The translations under genes and the position numbers were made by a program. Of a stretch of DNA of 64,000 bases, positions 49,189 through 59,597 are shown piece by piece (the stretch's first letter is position 1; every line of letters starts with the position of its first letter). Source of the DNA: Paracoccaceae bacterium (GTDB taxonomy: Bacteria > Pseudomonadota > Alphaproteobacteria > Rhodobacterales > Rhodobacteraceae); the NCBI GenBank assembly GCA_003332035.1, contig QOQI01000002.1, forward strand, positions 31,949 through 95,948, given 5' to 3'. The notes below the pieces were generated by a model. The model did not search any database, was not told where the DNA came from, and worked only from the letters and a program-made list of their open reading frames with translations.

Positions 49189-50541
49189 ATGAGAGACAAC
49201 AATTTCATAATCGAGAATAATGCAAAACATCTTTGGCACCCAATGGGAGCACCAAGCGACTCTCTTAATAACCCGCCTAAAGTAATTACAAGCGCCAATG
49301 GATCACAGATTAACGATATAGACGGGCATACAACTGTCGATGCCGTAGGAGGTCTTTGGTGTGTCAACTTAGGTTATTCAAATGCAACTGTTAAAAAAGC
49401 CATATCCGAGCAACTCGATCATTTACCCTATTATTCTGGTTTTGCAGGAACAACTAATCCAGCTGCTATAGAAGCATCTTACATGGTCAAAGAAATGTTT
49501 AAAGCTGATGGAATGGAGAGAGTTTTCTTCACATCAGGTGGATCAGACTCAGTCGAAACCTGCCTGAGATTATCACGCCAATATCACCGCTTGCGTGGAG
49601 AACCTACGAGAACAAAATTTATATCCCTAAAAAAGGGATACCATGGAACACACTTTGGAGGTGCATCCGTAAATGGAAATAATAGGTTTAGAATAGCATA
49701 TGAACCTTTACTGCCAGGCTGTTTTCATTTGCCAAGCCCGTACACTTATCGAAATCCATTTAATGAAAAAGATTCCCAGAAATTAGCTCTGAATATTGCA
49801 CAAGCATTCGAGGATGAAATAGCTTTTCAAGACAAAAACACAATTGCTGCTTTCATTATGGAACCTATCCAAGGAGCAGGCGGGGTAATAGTTCCGGATC
49901 CATCGTTCATGGGCCTTATGCAAGAAATTTGTGAGAGAAATGGCATACTCATGATTTCAGATGAAGTAATTACGGGTTTTGGTAGGACTGGATCTTGGTC
50001 CGGCGCAAGACACTGGAACGTTAAACCAGACATGATGAGTATGGCCAAAGGTATTACCTCAGGTTATTTCCCTGTCGGCGCCGCCCTAATGGGCGAAAAA
50101 GTAGCAGATGTTTTTGAAAATTCTACTAGCCCAGAAGCTGGCATTTTTCATGGATATACTTATTCCGCCCACCCTGTCGGTGCTGCAGCTGTGTGTGCTT
50201 GCCTTTCTGAAACTCAACGAATTAACACAAAAAATAACGCAGAACTTCGCGGCAAGCAACTTTACTCTGGCATACTGAAACTGAAAAAGAAGTTTGATGT
50301 TATAGGCGATGTTAGGGGAGGACAGGGTTTAATGGCAGCTATTGAAGTTGTCAGCGATCAGAAGAAAAAAACCGCTATAAATATGGACGAAATGAAGAAA
50401 CTACATCAGAAAACTTATGAAGCAGGAGCTATGGTCCGGCTTGGACTGAATAATATTTTAATGTCCCCACCTCTCGTTATATCGGAAACCGAAATAGACC
50501 AAATTCTAGATGCTTTAGATTATGGTTTTTCATCAATTTGA
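49189..50541 (+). CDS. Class III (omega-amino acid) aminotransferase
   Basis: GGLWCVNLGY, YHG, EPIQGAGG, DEVITGFGRTG, AKG and HGYTYS motifs. Confidence 0.9.
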   Translation: MRDNNFIIENNAKHLWHPMGAPSDSLNNPPKVITSANGSQINDIDGHTTVDAVGGLWCVNLGYSNATVKKAISEQLDHLPYYSGFAGTTNPAAIEASYMVKEMFKADGMERVFFTSGGSDSVETCLRLSRQYHRLRGEPTRTKFISLKKGYHGTHFGGASVNGNNRFRIAYEPLLPGCFHLPSPYTYRNPFNEKDSQKLALNIAQAFEDEIAFQDKNTIAAFIMEPIQGAGGVIVPDPSFMGLMQEICERNGILMISDEVITGFGRTGSWSGARHWNVKPDMMSMAKGITSGYFPVGAALMGEKVADVFENSTSPEAGIFHGYTYSAHPVGAAAVCACLSETQRINTKNNAELRGKQLYSGILKLKKKFDVIGDVRGGQGLMAAIEVVSDQKKKTAINMDEMKKLHQKTYEAGAMVRLGLNNILMSPPLVISETEIDQILDALDYGFSSI

Positions 50542-50574
50542 TTGAAAGTGTTTTAGCAAATTATATCTTCGGAT

Positions 50575-51117
50575 TTATAAAACATGTAAGTCGCCAGGTT
50601 TTAAATCACCTAGCTTCCACTCGCCGATTGATGTGCGGATAAGCCGAAGCGTTGGAAATCCAATATTAGCAGTCATTCGTCGAACCTGCCTGTTTTTTCC
50701 CTCTGAAATTTTTAGTTCAATCCAACTATCAGCAACAGACTTACGTACCCTGATTGGTGGTTTTCTATCCCAGAGCCATTTTGGTTCTTCTACTGCTTTA
50801 GCTTTTGCAGGCTTTGTAAGACCATCCTTCAATTCGATCCCTCTTCTGAGAGTATCCAAATTCTTTTCTTTTGGTATTCCTTCAACCTGAACTAGGTAAG
50901 TTTTTTCAACTTTAAATTTTGGTGAAGATATCTTTGATTGTAGACGACCGTCGTCAGTCAAGATCACTAAACCCTCACTATCTAGATCTAATCTTCCCGC
51001 CGGATAAACCTGTTTTATATTTATATAGTCTGATAGAGTTTTTCTTTCGTTTGCAACATTTGACTTATCGGTAAATTGAGTGAGAACATTAAACGGCTTA
51101 TTAAATAAGATAATCAT
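50575..51117 (-). CDS. rluE: RsuA/RluE-family pseudouridine synthase
   Basis: FNKP, GRLDLDSEGL and EGKNRQVRRM motifs. Confidence 0.8.
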   Translation of the reverse strand: MIILFNKPFNVLTQFTDKSNVANERKTLSDYINIKQVYPAGRLDLDSEGLVILTDDGRLQSKISSPKFKVEKTYLVQVEGIPKEKNLDTLRRGIELKDGLTKPAKAKAVEEPKWLWDRKPPIRVRKSVADSWIELKISEGKNRQVRRMTANIGFPTLRLIRTSIGEWKLGDLKPGDLHVL

Positions 51118-52109
51118 AATAAGAACGAATTACTTGCTTTCATAACCCCAGTCTCTTTGTTTCGCCAATTTAATATTGGTGCATTCGTATAAGCTAATGC
51201 CGTTGGGTGATTAGGGTTAAGAACACCTAATTGTATAAGAATTGAAGCGATTGCACATTCGGATGCTCGTGTCCCACCATCATTTATTTTAAGTGCAATA
51301 CCTTTTTCTAACTCTGGTAGGATTGCTACAAAGACACCTTCTGCCCCAGTTTTTAAAATTGCTTTCTTTTCACAAGCCCTCATTAAATTTGTACAAGCCC
51401 GACGCTCTCCAGCTACCAATTCTGGATAATTTACCATTGCATTTCTTAACTTAAGGGCCGCTTTACTCAGCTGATCATCACGCTTATGTGCTGTAGCAAA
51501 CCAAGACATCGCTTTAGCAAGAGAATATAAGGGTATGGCGGGATTGGGTGCCGAGCACCCATCTATTACAATTCCATCAACTTTATTTTGCGTTAATTCC
51601 TGGAATACGTCCATGACCATCAGTTGTACTGGATGGTCTGGATCTGTATATTCAGGTCCAGCTTTCAAATGCCGCGAAACTGATAAAAAACCAGTATGTT
51701 TCCCAGAACAATTATTATGAATTTGACAAGGTGACTGGCCTTTTTCACGCATCTCTTTTTTAACATGCGGATCCTTTGATGGCTGCGAGCCACATCTTAG
51801 ATCACTTTCATTTAGACCAAGATGAGAAAGCCAACTTAGGACCCTTGATAAATGTATTTCCGCTGCGTTATGCGAAGCACAGGCAAGGGCTAGAAAATCT
51901 TCCCCAATTAAATATTCTTTCTCGGCTCCTGATATTATGAGAGGGAGAGCTTGCATCATCTTTGCAGAGCTTCGAGGCAAAATTAACGTGTTTGGATCGC
52001 CCCATTGATGGCTTATTTCACCATTTTTATCGCAAATTACGGCAATACCAGAATGGGCAGATTCTAAATATGAACCGCGCCATATTTCGCACATAATCTG
52101 TGGTTTCAT
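51114..52109 (-). CDS. L-asparaginase II (Rhizobium AnsA / class 3 type)
   Basis: RSSAK, NCSGKH, DGC and KTGAEG motifs. Confidence 0.88.
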   Translation of the reverse strand: MKPQIMCEIWRGSYLESAHSGIAVICDKNGEISHQWGDPNTLILPRSSAKMMQALPLIISGAEKEYLIGEDFLALACASHNAAEIHLSRVLSWLSHLGLNESDLRCGSQPSKDPHVKKEMREKGQSPCQIHNNCSGKHTGFLSVSRHLKAGPEYTDPDHPVQLMVMDVFQELTQNKVDGIVIDGCSAPNPAIPLYSLAKAMSWFATAHKRDDQLSKAALKLRNAMVNYPELVAGERRACTNLMRACEKKAILKTGAEGVFVAILPELEKGIALKINDGGTRASECAIASILIQLGVLNPNHPTALAYTNAPILNWRNKETGVMKASNSFLL

Positions 52110-52274
52110 AAAAATTTATACCTTTTATTCACAAATTAACTTTCTCAGGGGTTTCAACTGAAGCATATTTTAGGCTAGAGTTCTGTCAACGTATTATACT
52201 ATCTAAACGGGCATGACTAAATAAAGAAAAAATCTACATCAGCTTTGAATGTGATGATAAAGGAGCAGTTTTTT

Positions 52275-52814
52275 ATGAAATTTTTAAAACTTTTGGCATC
52301 AGTAAAAACAATTATCGCTTTTATTGGCATAACTTTTTCAACACAGACTTACTCACAAGAAACCAGTAGCAACAAAGTTGCAAATAAAACAGACTGGAGC
52401 ATTTTTGTTGAAGATAATCCAAAAGAATGTTGGAGTGTGTCTAAACCCAAAGAAACAATCAATACAAGAGATGGACGCATTGTCAGCGTAAAAAGAGGCG
52501 ATATCCTTCTATTCGTAAATTTCCGGCCAGCAAGTAAAGTTAATGGCCAGTTAACATTTACTGGTGGATATCCTTTTGCCGATGGCTCAAACGTAACATT
52601 AAATGTAGATGGAACAAACTTTGCCCTTTTTACTGAAGGTGAATGGGCTTGGGCCCGCTCTGATGAAGACGACGTTAAGATCATCAAAGCAATGAAAAAG
52701 GGTGCCAAGGCTATTTTATCAGCAAGTTCCTCGCGTGGTACAAAAACACAAGATACTTTTTCTTTACTGGGCTTTACGGCAGCTGTTGAGGATGCAGAAA
52801 AACGCTGTAAATAA
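52275..52814 (+). CDS. Invasion-associated locus B (IalB)-like periplasmic protein
   Basis: Signal peptide; DW.IF...C; D.FSL.GFTAA...C; usual neighbour of rlmN. Confidence 0.8.
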   Translation: MKFLKLLASVKTIIAFIGITFSTQTYSQETSSNKVANKTDWSIFVEDNPKECWSVSKPKETINTRDGRIVSVKRGDILLFVNFRPASKVNGQLTFTGGYPFADGSNVTLNVDGTNFALFTEGEWAWARSDEDDVKIIKAMKKGAKAILSASSSRGTKTQDTFSLLGFTAAVEDAEKRCK

Positions 52815-52880
52815 TCTCAACACTACTGATCAATTAGCCAACTATTAACTTGCAAATAAAAATTTTGACTGGGAGCTATT

Positions 52881-54065
52881 TTGACTGAAGTAACTCAAAC
52901 ATCAAAAATCTTAACACAAAATTTTGTAACAGTTCCGAGAAAGGTTCCTGAAGGACCCTTAAATATAGTTGGTCTTACTAGATCTTCTTTGCGAGAGGCT
53001 CTGATAGAGAACGGCACTCCGGAAAAACAAGCGAACATGCGTGTTGGGCAGATATGGCAATGGATATATGAGAAGGGCGAGCGTGACTTCAGCAAAATGA
53101 CAAACCTTGCCAAACCTTATCGTGAAGCTCTTGAAAAAAACTTTCTGATTTCAGTTCCGGAAATAATCTCAAAAAATATTTCCCAAGACGGAACGCGCAA
53201 ATACTTAATGCGGATAGATGGTGGGCATGAAATAGAAACGGTTTATATCCCTGAAGAAAATAGGGGAACTCTCTGCATAAGTTCCCAGGTTGGGTGCACT
53301 TTAACCTGCTCGTTTTGCCACACAGGCACACAAAGACTTGTCAGAAATTTAACTTCTAGTGAGATTGTGGGGCAAATTTTAGTAGCCCGCGATGACTTGG
53401 GCGAATGGCCAAGTCAAGAAGCTCCCAAACCTAAACCCCGACTGCTCTCCAATGTAGTTTTAATGGGCATGGGAGAACCTCTTTATAATTTTAATAATGT
53501 TCGTGATGCTATGAAAATAGCAATGGACCCTGACGGAGTTGCCTTATCAAGAAGAAGAATTACGCTCTCAACATCTGGCGTTGTTCCAGAAATTGCCAAA
53601 ACAGCTGAAGAGATTGGGTGCCAATTAGCTATTTCTTTTCACGCCACAACTGATGAAATTCGCGATAAACTAGTTCCAATAAACAAAAAGTGGAATATTT
53701 CTAATTTGTTAGAAACTCTCAAAAACTATCCAAAAGTCTCAAACTCAGAAAGAATAACATTCGAATATGTAATGCTTAAAAACGTTAACGACTCTGATGA
53801 AGACGCTCACCGATTAGTAAAATTAATTAAAGGAATACCTGCCAAAATAAATTTAATACCCTTTAATGAATGGCCTGGATCGCCATTTGAAAGGTCCGAT
53901 TGGGAACAAATAAAATCGTTTGCAGATATAATTTACAGAGCTGGTTACGCCAGTCCAATACGGACGCCTAGGGGCGAGGATATCATGGCTGCTTGTGGTC
54001 AACTTAAATCCGCCACAGAGAAAGAACGAAAATCAAAAAAAATCAAACCCAATAAATCTGAATAG
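52881..54065 (+). CDS. rlmN: 23S rRNA m2A2503/tRNA m2A37 methyltransferase
   Basis: [18 protein letters not shown] and AACGQL motifs; TTG start. Confidence 0.96.
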   Translation: MTEVTQTSKILTQNFVTVPRKVPEGPLNIVGLTRSSLREALIENGTPEKQANMRVGQIWQWIYEKGERDFSKMTNLAKPYREALEKNFLISVPEIISKNISQDGTRKYLMRIDGGHEIETVYIPEENRGTLCISSQVGCTLTCSFCHTGTQRLVRNLTSSEIVGQILVARDDLGEWPSQEAPKPKPRLLSNVVLMGMGEPLYNFNNVRDAMKIAMDPDGVALSRRRITLSTSGVVPEIAKTAEEIGCQLAISFHATTDEIRDKLVPINKKWNISNLLETLKNYPKVSNSERITFEYVMLKNVNDSDEDAHRLVKLIKGIPAKINLIPFNEWPGSPFERSDWEQIKSFADIIYRAGYASPIRTPRGEDIMAACGQLKSATEKERKSKKIKPNKSE

Positions 54066-54078
54066 ATAAATTTAACTT

Positions 54079-55308
54079 TTAGCTCGTCTTGCCGCGTGCA
54101 TTTCGAGCTGACAGCAACTTCAGCCGAAGAGCATTCAACTGAATGAATCCTGCAGCGTCTTTTTGATCATAAGCTCCTGCATCATCTTCAAAAGTAACAT
54201 GCTCCTCAGAGTATAAAGAGTTATGTGACCATCTTCCGATCGTACGGACAGATCCCTTGAAAAGTTTTAACCTTACTGTTCCCGACACAAATTCTTGTGA
54301 TAAATCTATTGCGGCCTGAAGCATCTCGCGCTCCGGTGAATACCAAAAGCCATTATAAATTAATTCAGAATATTTGGGCATAAGGCTATCTTTAAGATGC
54401 CCTGCTCCACTATCAAGGGTTATTTGTTCAATTCCTCGATGTGCTTCTAGCAAAATCTCCCCGCCAGGAGTTTCATATATACCGCGAGATTTCATGCCAA
54501 CAAACCTGTTCTCTACAAAATCTAACCGTCCTATTCCATGCTTATGACCGTAATCATTCAAAGAAGCTAATATCGTAGCTGGCGACATTTTATTTCCATT
54601 TATTGCTACAGCGTCGCCCTTGTTAAAATCTACTTCAATTATCTCAGGCTCATCCGGTGCGTCTTCTGGATTAACCGTACGTTGGAAAACATATTCTGGA
54701 GCAATTTCAGCAGGATCTTCCAAAACTTTTCCCTCGGACGAGGTATGAAGCAAATTGGCATCAACAGAAAAGGGAGCTTCACCTTTCTTGTCTTTTGCAA
54801 TTGGTATTTGGTGTTCCTCTGCAAACGCAAGCAGCTTTGTTCGGCTACTCAAATTCCATTCCCTCCATGGTGCTATTACCTTGATGTTTGGATCCAAAGC
54901 ATAGGCTGACAACTCAAATCGAACTTGATCATTACCCTTTCCAGTTGCTCCGTGTGCAATAGCGTCAGCTCCAGTTTCTGAAGCAATTTCTACTAGCCTC
55001 TTAGAAATTAAAGGTCGGGCAATTGACGTTCCTAAAAGGTATTGGCCTTCATACACAGCATTGGCGCGAAACATTGGAAAAACAAAATCTTTTACAAACT
55101 CTTCACGAACATCCTCAATAAAAATGTTTTGAGGTTTGATGCCAAGCAGCTCAGCTTTTTTCCTGGCTGGCTCTAACTCTTCACCCTGGCCTAGATCAGC
55201 TGTAAAAGTTAAAACCTCGCAGCCATATTCACTTTGGAGCCATTTTAAGATAATCGATGTATCTAGACCACCTGAATAGGCTAAGACAACTTTTTTAGGT
55301 TTGGACAT
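54079..55308 (-). CDS. argG: Argininosuccinate synthase
   Basis: [22 protein letters not shown] and [11 protein letters not shown] motifs. Confidence 0.97.
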   Translation of the reverse strand: MSKPKKVVLAYSGGLDTSIILKWLQSEYGCEVLTFTADLGQGEELEPARKKAELLGIKPQNIFIEDVREEFVKDFVFPMFRANAVYEGQYLLGTSIARPLISKRLVEIASETGADAIAHGATGKGNDQVRFELSAYALDPNIKVIAPWREWNLSSRTKLLAFAEEHQIPIAKDKKGEAPFSVDANLLHTSSEGKVLEDPAEIAPEYVFQRTVNPEDAPDEPEIIEVDFNKGDAVAINGNKMSPATILASLNDYGHKHGIGRLDFVENRFVGMKSRGIYETPGGEILLEAHRGIEQITLDSGAGHLKDSLMPKYSELIYNGFWYSPEREMLQAAIDLSQEFVSGTVRLKLFKGSVRTIGRWSHNSLYSEEHVTFEDDAGAYDQKDAAGFIQLNALRLKLLSARNARGKTS

Positions 55309-55460
55309 TGTGCAATCCTCTATATTTCTAAGTTCAGCGCGATAACGTTTTTTAACCTAATGGGCAAGCAAACATATTTTCTTAATATATAAGAAAATAC
55401 CGCAGTATTTAAATCTTTTGAATGCTTGTAAGATTTCCAAACTTGATGCAAAGCTACGCT

Positions 55461-56687
55461 ATGGAACACTTCAAAGAAGCGGCAAAGGAAGCCGAAAAAA
55501 TAATGCGTGGCGTCTTTGAAAGAACGCCGCTCCAAAAAAACGAGCATCTTTCTGCAATTTATGGTGCTGATATCTGGCTAAAGCGTGAAGATTTAAGCCC
55601 TGTACGTTCATATAAATTACGGGGTGCATTCAATGCGATGCGTAAGCAGGACAAAAATAAGCTTTTTGTTGCAGCAAGCGCTGGAAATCATGCTCAAGGT
55701 GTTGCCTACATGTGCAAACACTTTGGCGTTAAGGGCACTATTTTTATGCCAGTAACTACCCCAAAGCAAAAAATTCAAAAAACTGAGATTTTTGGAGGTG
55801 ATGCTATTCAAATTGAATTAGTTGGGGATTACTTCGATGATTGTCTAAAGGCGGCCCAAGATTTTTGCAAAAAAAACAATGGCCATTTTTTATCACCTTT
55901 CGATGATGTCGATGTTATTGAAGGCCAAGCATCAGTGGCCGTTGAAATAGAGGCACAACTTGGTTTTTGTCCTGATCATATTGTTATGCCAGTGGGAGGG
56001 GGCGGACTTTCTGCGGGCGTGCTAAACTATTTTAAAAATAATGCACAATATTCTTTGATTGAACCCTTGGGAGGAGCATCTCTATGGGCTGCATTAATTG
56101 CTGGTAGGCCTGTATCTTTAGATAAAGTTGATACGTTTGCAGATGGAGCTGCTGTCGGTCAAATTGGCAATAAGCCTTTCGAAACACTTAAATCAATTGG
56201 CTTAGCTAACGTTTTAAGAGCACCCGAAGATAGGGTTTGTATTACAATGTTAGAAATGCTCAATGTTGAGGGAATTGTTCTTGAGCCAGCCGGTGCTTTA
56301 TCTATAGACGCCTTACAGGATTTAGGACAGGCGATAAGCGGCAGAACTGTAGTTTGTATTACTACAGGCGGAAATTTTGATTTTGAGCGGTTACCAGAGG
56401 TAAAAGAAAGATCACAACGTTTCAAAGGTGTTAAAAAATATTTAATACTCAGAATGCCACAACGCCCTGGCGCTCTAAAAGAGTTTCTAAATTTTTTAGG
56501 TCCTGATGACGATATCACCAGATTTGAGTATTTGAAAAAATCTGCCCGTAATTTTGGATCAATCCTTATTGGGATAGAAACTAAAGACCCCAACCATTTT
56601 GGTGATTTTTTTGATAAACTTTCGAACGCAGGCTTTACGTTTTCAGATATTACAAATGATGAAACGCTAGCTCAATTTGTGATCTAA
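55461..56687 (+). CDS. ilvA: Threonine dehydratase (short form, single ACT domain)
   Basis: RSYKLRGA, SAGNHAQG, VGGGGL and PQRPGAL motifs. Confidence 0.93.
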   Translation: MEHFKEAAKEAEKIMRGVFERTPLQKNEHLSAIYGADIWLKREDLSPVRSYKLRGAFNAMRKQDKNKLFVAASAGNHAQGVAYMCKHFGVKGTIFMPVTTPKQKIQKTEIFGGDAIQIELVGDYFDDCLKAAQDFCKKNNGHFLSPFDDVDVIEGQASVAVEIEAQLGFCPDHIVMPVGGGGLSAGVLNYFKNNAQYSLIEPLGGASLWAALIAGRPVSLDKVDTFADGAAVGQIGNKPFETLKSIGLANVLRAPEDRVCITMLEMLNVEGIVLEPAGALSIDALQDLGQAISGRTVVCITTGGNFDFERLPEVKERSQRFKGVKKYLILRMPQRPGALKEFLNFLGPDDDITRFEYLKKSARNFGSILIGIETKDPNHFGDFFDKLSNAGFTFSDITNDETLAQFVI

Positions 56688-57499
56688 TGAATTTCAAAAA
56701 TCAAACGATTTTGATTACCGGCGGCGCCCAAGGTATCGGTCTTTCATTATCTGAAAAGTTTTCCGATATGGGCGCTAATGTCGTAATTGCCGACAAACAT
56801 AAAGGGACTGCCAATATAGCCCAAAAATTTGGCGGCTTTGGATATGTATGTGATGTTACGCAAGAAGAACAAATCAATAGTTTTATAACTTTTGCCGAGC
56901 AGACGCTTGGTGCAGTTCATTGTTTCATTTCAAATGCAGGAACAATTTTTGTTGATCCCGATCACGTTGCATCAGCTTCAAATAAAACTTGGGAACTAAG
57001 CTGGAACTTACATGTAATGCCGCACGTGTATGCTACCAGAAGATTATTACCAGGAATGTTAGATCGTAAATATGGCTATTTTGTAAATACAGCGTCCGCC
57101 GCAGGCCTCCTTTATCAAATAGGTGATGCTCCATACAGCGCAAGTAAAGCGGCTGCGATAAGTTTTTCAGAAGGAATAGCAATATCACACGGCGATGAGG
57201 GCATAAGATCTTCCGTTATATGTCCACAGTATGTGGCCAGCAATCTATTAGGGTTTAGTAATCCTGAGGATGCCAAAAATCTTGAAGGATTATTATCGCC
57301 AGAAGTAGTGGCTGAAAAAGTTTTTGAAGCGATGTGCCGCGAAGAATTTTTAATTTTACCACACCCAAGAGTTCAAAAATATTTAAGTAAAAAAGTAGCA
57401 GATTACGATCGCTGGATCGATGGTATGCGCAAATTAAAAAAGAAGTCTATTGATAAGCGAGGCTCAGCTAAACCGCTAGACATACTCCATCTAGTTTAA
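56687..57499 (+). CDS. SDR family oxidoreductase
   Basis: TGGAQGIG, NAG and YSASK motifs. Confidence 0.88.
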   Translation: MNFKNQTILITGGAQGIGLSLSEKFSDMGANVVIADKHKGTANIAQKFGGFGYVCDVTQEEQINSFITFAEQTLGAVHCFISNAGTIFVDPDHVASASNKTWELSWNLHVMPHVYATRRLLPGMLDRKYGYFVNTASAAGLLYQIGDAPYSASKAAAISFSEGIAISHGDEGIRSSVICPQYVASNLLGFSNPEDAKNLEGLLSPEVVAEKVFEAMCREEFLILPHPRVQKYLSKKVADYDRWIDGMRKLKKKSIDKRGSAKPLDILHLV

Positions 57500-57933
57500 A
57501 TTTTTTTAAGATGATTTTCTAAAAAATGTAAATCTCCACCACGTATTAGGCGAAGTGCCAAATGTGAATGCATAATGTGAGCTGTATGACCTTTTTCTAA
57601 CAGATTACTTGTTTTTAACGAAGGAACAGCATGGTAGATTTTGCATATTTTCTCAGCGTGCATTTTATACTCCGGCATATAAACAAAGCGCTTGTATACG
57701 CCTAGAAACCTAGGCTTTGAGATTAACCACCCTGTTTCTTCTAAGACCTCACGATGCAAAGCTTGAATAGAGTTTTCGCCTTTATCTATTCCACCACCAG
57801 GCAATTGAAATTCAAAATCAGGCTCCTCTTGGTAAGTCAATAGAATTTGATCGCCTCGGGTTAAAATTGCATAAACGCCCGGACGCCTAGCATATTTTTT
57901 CCCCAAATTTGGAACTTTTCCAAAACGTCGCAT
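57496..57933 (-). CDS. NUDIX hydrolase
   Basis: Nudix box GGIDKGE...ALHREVLEETG. Confidence 0.9.
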   Translation of the reverse strand: MRRFGKVPNLGKKYARRPGVYAILTRGDQILLTYQEEPDFEFQLPGGGIDKGENSIQALHREVLEETGWLISKPRFLGVYKRFVYMPEYKMHAEKICKIYHAVPSLKTSNLLEKGHTAHIMHSHLALRLIRGGDLHFLENHLKKI

Positions 57934-58015
57934 AATATTTTCTCGCTCAACTTATCTTGTAGCCATTATATAGACAGGGTATGCGTATCGCTAGTGTAAT
58001 TAAAGAAAGCATGTC

Positions 58016-59005
58016 ATGAAATCGTCAGCTAGAGTTTGGGATGATACAGTACTTCCATTTCAACTCGATAAATCTGATATAAGGGGCCGGGTAGCACGAT
58101 TAGACGGCGTTCTTGACGGTGTGCTTAAGCAGCATAACTATCCCAAAGTAGTAGAAGCGTTGGTGGCGGAAATGGCGCTATTAACAGCAATAATTGGCGA
58201 AAGTATTAAGCTTAGATGGAAACTATCTTTGCAAATACAGTCAAAAGGTGCAGTCCGAATGATTGCAACAGATTACTATGGTCCATCTAAAAAAGGGGAG
58301 CCCGCGAAAATAAGAGCCTATGCGAGTTTTGATGAAAATCGTCTAAGTGAGGCACCCTATTTTGAGCAACTTGGTGAGGGCTACTTTGCTATCCTAATTG
58401 ATCAAGGTAAAGATATGAAACCTTACAAGGGAATTACTCCACTTTCAGGCGGATCATTAGCATCGTGTGCTGAAGCTTACTTTGCTCAATCAGAACAACT
58501 TCCAACACGATTTAAGCTTAGTTTTGGAAAATCAACAGAAAAGGGTCGTTCGGAACACTGGCGTGCAGGTGGTATAATGGTTCAACATATGCCTAAGTCA
58601 TCAATCGAGGTATCAGGTGAGGGCGGTTCAGGTGAAGACGGGCTTATGGTTGCGTCAGATTTGTTGACCGGTAACGAACATGATGATTGGAATCGTGTAA
58701 ATATATTATTGGATACAGTTGAAGAAATTGAGCTTACAGGCCCAGCGGTAGAACCAAAAAATCTACTCATTAGATTATTTCACGAAGAAGTTCCAAGAGC
58801 TTTTGAGCCACAAAACGTAGAATTTGGTTGTACCTGCAGCGAAGAACGGGTTCGGCAATCTTTATCTATTTACTCTGCCAAAGATATTGAGAAGATGACT
58901 ACACCAGAGGGAACCGTGACCGCTGATTGCCAATTTTGTGGAGCGCATTATAATTTGAGCCCAAAGACAGTTGGCTTTCAGGCAAGCGAAAATGGTCAGT
59001 CATAA
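58016..59005 (+). CDS. hslO: Hsp33 redox-regulated chaperone
   Basis: QSEQLPT and AGG motifs; CxC...CxxC zinc centre. Confidence 0.93.
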   Translation: MKSSARVWDDTVLPFQLDKSDIRGRVARLDGVLDGVLKQHNYPKVVEALVAEMALLTAIIGESIKLRWKLSLQIQSKGAVRMIATDYYGPSKKGEPAKIRAYASFDENRLSEAPYFEQLGEGYFAILIDQGKDMKPYKGITPLSGGSLASCAEAYFAQSEQLPTRFKLSFGKSTEKGRSEHWRAGGIMVQHMPKSSIEVSGEGGSGEDGLMVASDLLTGNEHDDWNRVNILLDTVEEIELTGPAVEPKNLLIRLFHEEVPRAFEPQNVEFGCTCSEERVRQSLSIYSAKDIEKMTTPEGTVTADCQFCGAHYNLSPKTVGFQASENGQS

Positions 59006-59597
59006 AAGTAAATTAATTAAAAAGATTAATTTAAATCTCTCAAAATATGGCTCTTGCTCTTCAGATTTTGACCTGAACCAAGATTTGGCATCTAGCCAAA
59101 AATTAAAGTTTCTTGAGGCAAGTGTTTTAATCCCCGTTTTAACTTTTAAAGAAGACCTTGAGATTTTGCTAACGAAGCGGTCAATCAGCTTAAGAAATCA
59201 TCCAGGACAAATAGCTTTTCCAGGAGGCAAAAAGGAAGAATGCGACAGTAACCCTATGGAGACTGCTCTTCGAGAGGCCGAGGAGGAAATTGGTCTTAAG
59301 ACAAGTCATGTCGAGGTAATTTCATCCCTTCCAACACATAAAACTGCAACTGGCTTCACTATAAAGCCCTATATAGGTCTGGTTAGAAAACCTTTTAAGA
59401 AAACACTGCAGTGGGGCGAAGTTGATGAGGTATTTACCATACCATTCGGCCATATTTTAAATAGAAAGAATTTTTCCATACAAACTCGAAAATGGAATGG
59501 GATAGAAAGACGCTACTATATAGTTCCATTTGGTCCCTACTATATTTGGGGGGCAACCGCTAGAATTCTATTGAATTTATCAGAGGCACTAAACTGA
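58992..59597 (+). CDS. CoA pyrophosphatase (NudL family)
   Basis: LLTKRS..LRNHPGQIAFPGG, Nudix box and IWGATA motifs. Confidence 0.9.
   Translation: MVSHKSKLIKKINLNLSKYGSCSSDFDLNQDLASSQKLKFLEASVLIPVLTFKEDLEILLTKRSISLRNHPGQIAFPGGKKEECDSNPMETALREAEEEIGLKTSHVEVISSLPTHKTATGFTIKPYIGLVRKPFKKTLQWGEVDEVFTIPFGHILNRKNFSIQTRKWNGIERRYYIVPFGPYYIWGATARILLNLSEALN

Noticed and set aside
57934-58015. RpoH heat-shock promoter before hslO
   Set aside because: Only a loose match to the consensus in AT-rich DNA; cannot be supported.
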